Of a stretch of DNA of 32,000 nucleotides, positions 9,826 through 18,432 are shown piece after piece (position 1 is the first letter of the stretch; each line of letters begins with the position of its first letter). A program made the translations under genes and the position numbers. Origin of the DNA: Candidatus Iainarchaeum sp. (GTDB lineage: Archaea > Iainarchaeota > Iainarchaeia > Iainarchaeales > CSSED10-239); assembly GCA_037441475.1 (NCBI GenBank), contig JBBISB010000001.1:426418-458417 (forward strand), read 5' to 3'. The notes under the pieces were generated by a model. It had not been told where the DNA came from. It ran no database searches and worked only from the letters and a program-made list of their open reading frames with translations.

Positions 9826-12270
9826 TCATTGAGTGAAGTCACAAACAATATGTGAGTGTTGCCAATTGTTTCCAGAACCAAAATCATAACCCCATAATAA
9901 AACAGATGATGTTTGGTTTATAGGAGGGGGATTTTGATTTGGCATCAATAAATATCCACCGCTGTATCTTGTAAATGCAGTATTTGAAGATAATTCCCTT
10001 GAAACAAAAGTACCCCCGTGGCTTTCACAAAACAAATCTTCAGAATTATTTGAAGAATTTGATGAAAATATATTACCATCTATCTTTGGATTTGTAAAAG
10101 TAATGTTGTTTGGATTTTCAAAATTTCCTGTACAGTCTTCTGAAGATAATAAAACATCTCTATTATATGTGTATAGCCCAGTGTGATCAGAAACATATAA
10201 CGGAACCATTTTATTATTACAATAACTAGTTATGTAATAATAGCCAATATATTCATCACTATCTTGGTAACCTGCCTTATATGCCATGATTCTTATTTTT
10301 GAAACTGGAGAAGAAATAACTATAGGGGCAGTGTATAATGTTCCTGTAGTCGAATCAGGATATGCAGCATCATAAGGCGCAGTTGAATCTAAAGTATAAT
10401 AGATTTGAGCCCCAGATGTTATTGTTGAAAGAGAAACTGTTTGTGGTGTTGAATAAGTTCCAGGAGTTACATTTGGTTGAGGAGCATCAACTCTTAAAAA
10501 ATAATTTTGAGACATGATTGAACTCGGAGTGCTTCCTGCCACACATGCAATTGCTCTAAGGTTTGTTGTTGTAGTTATACTTATTGGAGAAGAGTAAACT
10601 GTGCCTGTAGAACATGTCGGGTTAGTTGAATTTGTAGTATACCTTATTTCAGCACCAGGTGTTGTTGTAGTTAATGTTACAGACTGGTTATTATAATAAG
10701 TTCCACCAACAGGGGTTGCAACAGGGGTTGCAATAACAGAAGCAGGTGTGATATTCCAGAAACTATTTTTTTCTAATTGGTTTGCAGAATTTCCTGTTTG
10801 CACTAATTTAAATTTAAACTTATAATTTCCTGTAGTATCACATGAAAAATTATAAGATTTAATTTCAGGAGCTTTGTTTGTTTCTAAAGTAAAAGAGTTG
10901 CCGTTAACACCATTATATTTACAATCGCTTGAAAGCACTTGACCTTTAAATACTTGGACAGTTAAATTAAATCTTAAAGCTGAACTTGAACCTGTAGAGT
11001 CTACTTGTATTGAAAAGTTTTGAGTTGCCACAGCAGATGAATTATTTGGATTTAAATTAAAGGCTATAAAATTCTCTTGATCATCTGTAAAAGAAGCAGT
11101 AAAAGTTTGATTGCTAGTTATTGCCCCATCTGTCCTGCTTGCACTTGTGTTACCATCACTCCACATTGAAAAAACATAACCAGAGTTAGGCACTGCAGTT
11201 ACCTGTGAACCACATCCTCCTTGAGATATATTTTGAGGAGTAATGCCACTAATAGTTCCATTTGCGCCAGCTATATAAGTTAAAGTATATGTAGGTGTTG
11301 CTATTGGAACAAAATTTACATGTATTGAATGATTTGAAATAACATTTTCAAAAGTATATGTATTGTTGCCTACTACTAATGGAGGATTATTTGCAGCAAA
11401 ATTTAAAGTGTTTTTTTCATCAACATCTGAAAAGTTTAAAACGTATTTAGCACTATTTTCTTTTGAAGATAAATTTGCAATAATTCCTATTTCTCCACCA
11501 CCTATTGAAACATCATCAATTAAGACAGAACCTACACGATAATTTGGGGCAGGAGAAAATGTAAACGTTTGATTATTTCCATTTGGAACCATTACATTTC
11601 CAGAAGGAGAAATAGTTCCGTTTGGTCCTGCAGATGCATAAATAATATGAGTTATTGGTTGTGATTCAAAAGTTACTTCTATAGTGTGATTCATTAAAAC
11701 ATTACTAAAAGTATAAGTTGAACTTATTGGCGAAACTTCTAAATTGTCAACAACTATTGATGAAATTATATGACCTGGATTTGCAGTAAAGGTATAGGTT
11801 TGATTTCCGCCTGCAATTACTTGTGTTGAACCTAATGGATTAATTGTTCCAGAACCTACTGCAGAAGAAACTATTGTAAAATGAGTTGGCGCAACCCCAC
11901 AACTTGCTAAATTAAATTGACAGTTTGCTTGACAAGTTAAAGAACCAGACGCATAACCTAAACTTTGACAGGTCTTTCCATTAAGGTTTAAACCATCACA
12001 CTGTTCAGGAGGATTGATTTGATCATTACCACATAAGTTAAATGAACCACCACCAACAGTTCCTCCGCCTAAGTTAGGTACTTGTGTTGTTGACCCCATT
12101 TGTTCTGAAGGTATTACTCTAGATAAATCAGAATCAAGATCGGTTACAGTATCTATATTTCTATTAACAGAAGATAGATAATAAGTTGCAAAAATAATTG
12201 CACCTAAAACTACTATCCCTACAATTATAAGCATCTCAATTGAAACTTGAGCTTTATTTTTTGAGTTCAT
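9826..12270 (-). CDS. Large surface adhesin-like protein with an archaeal class III (type IV pilin-like) signal peptide
   Basis: The N-terminus MNSKNKA|QVSIEMLIIVGIVVLGAIIFATYYL matches the class III signal peptide pattern (PF04021-like, GQ.S.E.LI). It is followed by a Cys-rich repeat, CGNDQINPPEQCDGLNLNGKTCQSLGYASGSLTCQANCQFNLASC. Next come three InlB-B-repeat-like beta domains, for example GSGTINPLGSTQVIAGGNQTYTFTANPGHIISSIVVDN...HTIEVTF and GYVFSMWSDG...QTFTASF. Two CHB_HEX_C/Fn3-like modules follow (GGTYYNNQSVTLTTTTPGAEIRYTTNSTNP and PGTYSTPQTVSLSTITSGAQIYYTLDSTAP). The last roughly 150 aa form an unassigned Cys-containing domain. SD-like GGTG lies 9 nt upstream of the ATG. Confidence 0.8.
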   Translation of the reverse strand: MNSKNKAQVSIEMLIIVGIVVLGAIIFATYYLSSVNRNIDTVTDLDSDLSRVIPSEQMGSTTQVPNLGGGTVGGGSFNLCGNDQINPPEQCDGLNLNGKTCQSLGYASGSLTCQANCQFNLASCGVAPTHFTIVSSAVGSGTINPLGSTQVIAGGNQTYTFTANPGHIISSIVVDNLEVSPISSTYTFSNVLMNHTIEVTFESQPITHIIYASAGPNGTISPSGNVMVPNGNNQTFTFSPAPNYRVGSVLIDDVSIGGGEIGIIANLSSKENSAKYVLNFSDVDEKNTLNFAANNPPLVVGNNTYTFENVISNHSIHVNFVPIATPTYTLTYIAGANGTISGITPQNISQGGCGSQVTAVPNSGYVFSMWSDGNTSASRTDGAITSNQTFTASFTDDQENFIAFNLNPNNSSAVATQNFSIQVDSTGSSSALRFNLTVQVFKGQVLSSDCKYNGVNGNSFTLETNKAPEIKSYNFSCDTTGNYKFKFKLVQTGNSANQLEKNSFWNITPASVIATPVATPVGGTYYNNQSVTLTTTTPGAEIRYTTNSTNPTCSTGTVYSSPISITTTTNLRAIACVAGSTPSSIMSQNYFLRVDAPQPNVTPGTYSTPQTVSLSTITSGAQIYYTLDSTAPYDAAYPDSTTGTLYTAPIVISSPVSKIRIMAYKAGYQDSDEYIGYYYITSYCNNKMVPLYVSDHTGLYTYNRDVLLSSEDCTGNFENPNNITFTNPKIDGNIFSSNSSNNSEDLFCESHGGTFVSRELSSNTAFTRYSGGYLLMPNQNPPPINQTSSVLLWGYDFGSGNNWQHSHIVCDFTQ

Positions 12271-12409
12271 TTTTTAATTACACCTTTTTTATTTTTTTAA
12301 AAACTATTTTTTTACTAAAGCAATTTTTTTAATTTATTTCATTAAAAATAAATTTTTAATTAAAGACTACACCTAATATATTACACTTAATTATTTATAA
12401 ATTTAACTT

Positions 12410-14509
12410 TTATTCTATAGCTGCATTTTGATTACTATGTGCTTGCTCACAAACATCTCTTACACTCTCATATATTCTTATATTCACTTGACGCTCAATT
12501 ATAGTGTCATTATCTGTAATTTCAAGATATATAGGTGTGTTATTAGGTGCACAACCTGTTGACTCTAAACCTATCTCAAGAGGAGTTTTAATGAAAGAAC
12601 ATTCTTGCGAGATAATTATGTTTCCTTCTTTTTTCCACACACAACTAACATCTCCGGAAGGATTAGAATAACTTGCATTGAAATTAATAGTATTAGTTAA
12701 TTTATACCATTTGTTATTTTTTGGAGAGGAAATAAATGCAGTAAATGGAGGTGTTTGACTTTGAAGATAAGCATATACAATAGATCCGCTTCCGCTTAAA
12801 GCACTTACAACAACCCCTGTGTTTTGTAAACCATTATAAGTTAATGAAGTTGTATCCCAAAGAAAGTAAGGTTCATATAATCTTTTTGTAGAATCAAAAG
12901 TACCCCAATCAGGATATCCAAAAATTTCATTATATTCATTTGTATAGAGGTCACTTATATGAACATGCTGACTACTAAGCACAATATGCGGGTTTTGATC
13001 AAGAATATTTTGTTCAAAAACAATACCAGGATGGCTTACGTTATCATCATACATCAACCCATCTTCTTCCCACATAATAGAGTTTGTAGGGTAGTTATCC
13101 TCTATATATTGTTCATCAATATGATAAATTGCAATTCCTCCAAAAACATTTTCGGTCTGTCCAGGAACATTACCACCAAACAACCAAGTATCTTGATTAT
13201 CAGGCGCAGTTGACATAAACCTATTTTCTATAATAAAAAATTCTCTATCACCCATCTTAGTTTCATCTTTTAAAATAAATGCCCCAGAAGAATTTGTATC
13301 TATTGAATGAACTGCATAAACACCAGACATGTTTGCAGTAATTGTTGTAGGAGTTATCCACCCTAAAAAATATCTTGACCATGCATCTAGATTAATTGGT
13401 TTATATAACCTAAAACCAGTGTCTATCATCATGGTTATGTCAACTAAACCCATGCCCTCTTGAAGTCCAGTGTAAGGGTTTATAGCATAAAGATCAGGAA
13501 GGCCTAAGATATGTGCAAATTCATGAACTGTAACTAAGACACCAACTCTACAATCTGGGGGATACCATCCAGAGTTAAAATAATTATCACACATATTTTG
13601 TGGAATTTTTTCAGATATAGTTGCAGTGTTTCCGTAGTATTTTCCTTGAATAGTTACAATATTAAAATCATTAAATATTAAAGTGCTGCTTTTTATATAC
13701 CCAGCACCTGCATCTTGCCTACTATAACCAGCATGAAGAATAACAACACCATCAAGCCTTCCATCATTATCTGAATCATACTGTGTAAAGTCAATAGCAT
13801 TACTACCAGTTCCAAATAAATTAATAGTGTCATTTACAAAAATAAATTTATTTGTTGGAATTGCATAATATGCATATGTGTTTGAAAGAGTTCTCCAATC
13901 ATAGACATCATAAATAATATCTAAAGCACCATAAGATTGTTTAAGATAATAACTTCTAACACTTGTTGCATTACCGTCATAATAATTAGAATCATTAAAC
14001 TGTTCTTCAAAAACATTTCTATCAAGGGTATGAGAGTAGTTATTAAAATCAACTAAAAGAACAGGTATATGATAAGTTCCAGTGGTTGGAGCTGTACCAT
14101 TTGTATTTGGGACAGATGAAGCAGAAGATGTTGATCTATTCTTTTGTAAAGAAGATTTTTTTTTAATATCTTCAATAGTTACTCCTGGAGGATAATCAAT
14201 ACCACCAAAAGATAAAAAAGGTTTACTTAATAGATCAAGAAGGTAAGGATCTTCTAAAAAAACATTTTCTTTTACAGCCTCTGTCACTGGGGGCAAAGAA
14301 ACTTTCTTAGATGTATTTAACTTTTGTAATTCAGATTTATAGTTATCTAAAAAATAAGATGGCTTTATAAAAGAATTATTAAAAGATAAAGAAGTAAAGA
14401 CAGGTTTTTCAAAAGAAGGTTTATAGAGAGAGATGTCTGTTGCATAAATATTTGGTAAGGTAAATAATAAGGCAAATAAAAATATTAAAAACACTTTTCT
14501 TTTAATCAT
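12410..14509 (-). CDS. Secreted M6-family (immune inhibitor A-like) zinc metalloprotease
   Basis: The Sec signal peptide is MIKRKVFLIFLFALLFTLPNIYA. The zinc site VHEFAHILGLPDLY contains HExxH plus the downstream D typical of M6/InhA. The motif DSDNDGRLDGVVILHAG is also typical of the M6 catalytic domain. The C-terminal region of about 100 aa looks like a beta-sandwich (PKD-like). Confidence 0.78.
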   Translation of the reverse strand: MIKRKVFLIFLFALLFTLPNIYATDISLYKPSFEKPVFTSLSFNNSFIKPSYFLDNYKSELQKLNTSKKVSLPPVTEAVKENVFLEDPYLLDLLSKPFLSFGGIDYPPGVTIEDIKKKSSLQKNRSTSSASSVPNTNGTAPTTGTYHIPVLLVDFNNYSHTLDRNVFEEQFNDSNYYDGNATSVRSYYLKQSYGALDIIYDVYDWRTLSNTYAYYAIPTNKFIFVNDTINLFGTGSNAIDFTQYDSDNDGRLDGVVILHAGYSRQDAGAGYIKSSTLIFNDFNIVTIQGKYYGNTATISEKIPQNMCDNYFNSGWYPPDCRVGVLVTVHEFAHILGLPDLYAINPYTGLQEGMGLVDITMMIDTGFRLYKPINLDAWSRYFLGWITPTTITANMSGVYAVHSIDTNSSGAFILKDETKMGDREFFIIENRFMSTAPDNQDTWLFGGNVPGQTENVFGGIAIYHIDEQYIEDNYPTNSIMWEEDGLMYDDNVSHPGIVFEQNILDQNPHIVLSSQHVHISDLYTNEYNEIFGYPDWGTFDSTKRLYEPYFLWDTTSLTYNGLQNTGVVVSALSGSGSIVYAYLQSQTPPFTAFISSPKNNKWYKLTNTINFNASYSNPSGDVSCVWKKEGNIIISQECSFIKTPLEIGLESTGCAPNNTPIYLEITDNDTIIERQVNIRIYESVRDVCEQAHSNQNAAIE

Positions 14510-14618
14510 ATCTCTTATATCCCTAAATAATGGTTTATTTTAAAACACACTAATTATTAGTTTTAAATATATATTTTGGATACATTAACTATTTAAAGTT
14601 ATCTAATACACCTAACTT

Positions 14619-16247
14619 CTAAAAAAGAATTTGAAATAAAAAAATATTATCCAGGAAGTGGATTTGGGACATTGTTTTTAAGATAAGGTATGTTGTGTTT
14701 TCTTGTATGTTCCAGATATCTGTAAAATTCCAACCACTAAAAGTACTTTGTAGCTTCATTTGAGAGGTTGTAATTCCTGTGCCAGAACCGCCTGAGGAAG
14801 AAACATCGCTGTTATAATAACTGTTATAAACGCCTGTAAATATACCATTAGAAAACCCATAATCAATATTGTTTATAGAAGAATAACAATTAACAATATT
14901 ACCGTCAATTCCAGGCACATAACCCTGATTTAAAAATCCAGAATTATTACCAACTGAGTAATCATTAATAAAACTTCCAACTGAATAAGAGTTTCTTATA
15001 AGTCCCTTACCCATGTTTACAAACCCACTTGCAAAACCAATTTCGTCTATAACAGATATGTTTAAGGTGCCAGAAAAATAAGACTGATCAATAGTTCCAG
15101 GAGTTACATTATCTCCATTATTTATTACAAAACCACTTAAGTTATTAGTTGCAAAAATATTTCCTTTAAAATAAGAATTAGTTATCTGCCCTAAATTATT
15201 TACATTAAAGCCAGCCACATACTGTCCACCATAAATATTTCCATCAAAAAAAGAATTTGAAATTAAACCATTATTTTGAGTAACAAACCCACTGCCAGTT
15301 ATTCCGCCTGAAATAGTACAACCAAACATATCACAATTTAAGGATGTTTTTAAAAGGACACTTCCTTTTATGTAACTATTATTTATTACCCCGTCATTTA
15401 CAACTGCAAGACCACTAACATTATTCATCCCTATTATGTTTATATCAACTAAACCTAAATTTGAGATCTTGAACCAGAATTTATTTTTGAAAACAAGGCT
15501 ACGCCCTCGTCATAAGGCCTATTAATATAAAGATTATTTAGTGTAAACCCGTTTCCATTTAAGTTGCCTATAAACGGTTCTAAAAAAGAACCAATTGGTT
15601 CAAAACCATTTCCTTGATTATAAGGAGCTATATTTAAGTCAATGTTGTTTTTAAAATAAAATGAAAATTATTATCAAGATAATTTCTAAGATTATTAAAG
15701 TCGTTAGCATTTTCAATAGAAAAAGGATTTTGTAAACTTCCTTCTAAGTAACATTTATTGCCATCATAAATAGATGTAGTTATAGGTAAAAGAAAATAAG
15801 TATTATTATCTAAAACAAACTCAACATTAAACTTATTGCTTGGAATACAAATTAACTCTACTTGGCCACTGCCTTTTGAAGGAACTAAGATATTTGATTT
15901 GTCTAAATCATCTTCATGATACAAATATTTATTAAGATAGTACCCTTCTTGATCAGAGTTGATTTTATAGGAATGATCCTTATATCTGAGGAAGAATGAT
16001 AATTTCTTAATAAAAGAGTGTTATTCATTATTCTTTCAGGCCATATAAAACCTTCAATATCTGATTTTGAACTTATTAAAGAAGGCGCTACTAAAGAATT
16101 ATTAGTAAAGGACTTACCCCAAGAAAATACAATACCAATTATTGCAACCGATACAACCACTAAAATAATTATAGCTATTAATGGAGAAATACCTTTTTCT
16201 TTTTTAAAAAATATATTTATTAAAAAGAGACTACTGCCAGACATCAC
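14619..16247 (-). pseudogene. Pilin_N-type prepilin fused to GLUG-repeat adhesin domains, interrupted by three -1 frameshifts
   Basis: Track fragments 16247..15903, 15924..15634 and 15428..14619, plus the uncalled stretch 15658..15455, read as one protein. The N-terminus is (M)MSGSSLFLINIFFKKEKG|ISPLIAIIILVVVSVAIIGIVF (PF07790-like). The uncalled stretch reads YFKNNIDLNIAPYNQGNGFEPIGSFLEPFIGNLNGNGFTLNNLYINRPYDEGVALFSKINSGS, then continues as KISNLGLVDINIIGMNNVSGLAVVNDGVINNSY. Repeated G(F/L)V..N.G.I.NSY.. units (the GLUG motif, PF07581) follow. Codon phase changes 2>0>1>2 along the gene. Confidence 0.7.
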
Positions 16248-16408
16248 AATACCTTAAAATAATTTAATTATTATAAATTAAGTGTAAGCTAATATATTTA
16301 AACGTATCTAAAATACGAGTTAAAAGTTAGAAATTGATTTTATAAAAATAGATTAACGGGATAAAAAAAACATGTTTTATAAAAAAAATAAAAAAAGACT
16401 TAAAGAAA

Positions 16409-16717
16409 TTACTCTTTAAGTTCAATACCCATTTGGATATCTGATGGAACATCTACTCTGATAACCTTACGTAATATCTTGTCATCAGCCTTAACATCAA
16501 TAATTCTTTTATGTATTCTTAATTGGAATTTTTGATAAGTTTCAGTTCCTCCACCAGAAACACCTCTTCTTGTAGGAACAACTAATTTCTTAGTCTTAAG
16601 AGGTATTATCCCTGAGTGTTTAACACCCGCTTTTTTAGCAACATCTATTAAGTTATTACAAAAGTCAGTGAGTTTTGTGTAATCTTTGCTTGTTAAAACA
16701 ATTCTTGCTGTTTGCAT
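16409..16717 (-). CDS. rps10: 30S ribosomal protein S10 (uS10)
   Basis: 102 aa: ARIVLTSKDYTKLTDFCNNLIDVAKKAGVKHSGIIPLKTKKLVVPTRRGVSGGGTETYQKFQLRIHKRIIDV. This is the canonical uS10 sequence, and the gene lies immediately downstream of tuf as in most archaea. Confidence 0.95.
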   Translation of the reverse strand: MQTARIVLTSKDYTKLTDFCNNLIDVAKKAGVKHSGIIPLKTKKLVVPTRRGVSGGGTETYQKFQLRIHKRIIDVKADDKILRKVIRVDVPSDIQMGIELKE

Positions 16718-16770
16718 AGCTTCTCAAACTCCCTTCTTATAAAAAAAGAAAAAGTAAATTTTAAAAAAAT

Positions 16771-18048
16771 TTACTTCTTAACCTTCTCCTTTACTTCTAT
16801 AATAACACCAGCAGCAACTGTTTTACCCATGTCTCTGATAGCAAGTCTCCCAAGTTGTGGAAAGTCCTTGAAAGCTTCAGCAACTAATGGTTGTGTTGGT
16901 TTTATTTTTACAATAGCAGCGTCACCTGTTTTTAAGAACTTTGGATTTTCTTCTTTTGTTCCACCTGATTTTGTGTCAAGTGTTCTTACAAGTTCTGTAA
17001 AAGTACAAGAGATTTGAGCTGTGTGTATGTGGAATACTGGAGTGTAACCAACTGTGATTGCTGAAGGGTGGTTTATAACAATTATTTGTGCTGTAAACTC
17101 TTCTGCAATTTTTGGTGGGTTTGACTCGTGACCTATTACAGATCCTCTTCTAATATCCTTAGGACCAATTTTTCTTAAGTTGAAACCAACGTTATCACCA
17201 GGATTTGCTTGTGGTAATTGTTCGTGGTGTTGTTCAATAGATTTAACTTCGGTTAATATACCTTCAGGGTTGATAATGATTTTATCGTTAGGTTTCATTA
17301 CACCAGTAGAAACTTTTCCAACAGGAACTGTTCCAACACCTTTAATGTTGTAAACATCTTGTACAGGAAGTCTTAATGGTTTTCCGGATGCTGATTCTGG
17401 AGCTTTAAAATCATCCATTGCTTCTAAAAGAGTCTGTCCTTTAAACCATGGTAGTTTGTCTGTCTTTTTAACAACATTATCTCCCATCCATGCTGATACA
17501 GGTATTACTTTATACATTTCTTCTTTGTAACCTATACCTTTTAATAATTTTGCAACTTCTTCTTTAACTTCATTGAATCTTGCTTCCTTGTATTCAACTT
17601 CATCCATCTTATTAACAGCAACAATTAATTGGTTGATACCTAATACTTTTGAAAGGTATGAATGTTCTTTTGTTTGAGCCATGATACCTTCTTTAGCACC
17701 AACTAATAAAACAGCAGCATCTGCTTGAGATGTACCTGTAATCATGTTCTTGATATAGTCTTGGTGGCCAGGAGCATCTATAACTGTGAAAAAGTTTTTC
17801 TTAGTATCGAATTTTTTGTAATTAACATCGATAGTAATTCCTCTTTCTCTTTCTTCTTTTAATGTGTCCATCATGTAAGCGAAAGCGAAAGTTCCTTTTC
17901 CTTTTTCTTGAGCGATTGCTTCAAGCTTTCTGTAATCTTGTTCTGATAATGCACCTGCATCGTACATTAATCTTCCAACTAAAGTTGATTTACCTTGATC
18001 AACGTGACCTATGAAAATTGTGTTAATATGTGGTTTTTCACCTGCCAT
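16771..18048 (-). CDS. tuf: Translation elongation factor EF-1 alpha
   Basis: 425 aa with GHVDQGKSTLVGRL (G1), DAPGHQDY (G3), NKMD (G4) and a conserved EF-1alpha C-terminal half (GRLAIRDMGKTVAAGVI). Confidence 0.98.
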   Translation of the reverse strand: MAGEKPHINTIFIGHVDQGKSTLVGRLMYDAGALSEQDYRKLEAIAQEKGKGTFAFAYMMDTLKEERERGITIDVNYKKFDTKKNFFTVIDAPGHQDYIKNMITGTSQADAAVLLVGAKEGIMAQTKEHSYLSKVLGINQLIVAVNKMDEVEYKEARFNEVKEEVAKLLKGIGYKEEMYKVIPVSAWMGDNVVKKTDKLPWFKGQTLLEAMDDFKAPESASGKPLRLPVQDVYNIKGVGTVPVGKVSTGVMKPNDKIIINPEGILTEVKSIEQHHEQLPQANPGDNVGFNLRKIGPKDIRRGSVIGHESNPPKIAEEFTAQIIVINHPSAITVGYTPVFHIHTAQISCTFTELVRTLDTKSGGTKEENPKFLKTGDAAIVKIKPTQPLVAEAFKDFPQLGRLAIRDMGKTVAAGVIIEVKEKVKK

Positions 18049-18055
18049 ATTTATT

Positions 18056-18060
18056 CCTCC
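18056..18060 (-). promoter_or_regulatory. Shine-Dalgarno GGAGG for tuf
   Basis: The minus strand reads GGAGGAATAAATATG, with a 7-nt spacer to the tuf ATG at 18048. Confidence 0.6.
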
Positions 18061-18432
18061 GTTATTTGATTCTTATCAATATGTTGTTATATTTTATTTT
18101 TTGATGATATTTTTTTCTGTTTTTGTTATTAAAAACATTTAAATTTTCTTGCTATTAAAACAAGATATTTACAAAACACTTTAAGATGTAAAAAGAGTGC
18201 TTTATAAGTATATATATTAGTTAAACCAAAGTATTTTTAAATAGATATATTAAGGAAAACAAGGTTAAGGCCTTATTAATAAAGGGGAAAGGGTTGTTTT
18301 TTAAATATAAAGTAAGATTACTAATTCTATGTTTCTTATTTACAAATAATTGTAATAAAAACAGCCTTTTTTAAAAAATAAAAAAATATATAAACCAAAA
18401 GTATAATATATATTATTAGAGGGAAAAAGATT

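Noticed and set aside
9693-10300. A possible diversity-generating retroelement target (variable repeat) at the 3' end of the adhesin gene.
   Set aside because: I found no reverse transcriptase ORF and no second near-identical copy (template repeat) in the window. This cannot be excluded genome-wide, but nothing here supports it.
12279-14615. A shared motif, TACACCTAA (minus strand TTAGGTGTA), at 12368-12376 and 14607-14615, plus TACACCT at 12279-12285, in the intergenic regions of the surface cluster.
   Set aside because: The 12279-12285 copy is simply the SD-like GGTG of the adhesin gene. The other two copies have no start codon at SD distance. A 9-mer match in short AT-rich spacers could be chance, so I do not call it a regulatory site without a genome-wide count.
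18049-18432. A possible small RNA or C/D-box sRNA in the 384-bp tuf-upstream intergenic region (TGATGA at 18102-18107; palindrome TAAGGCCTTA near 18266-18275).
   Set aside because: No downstream CTGA D box lies at an appropriate distance, and there is no terminal stem. The region is AT-rich and reads like a divergent promoter region. No GC-rich island anywhere in the window suggests a tRNA or rRNA.
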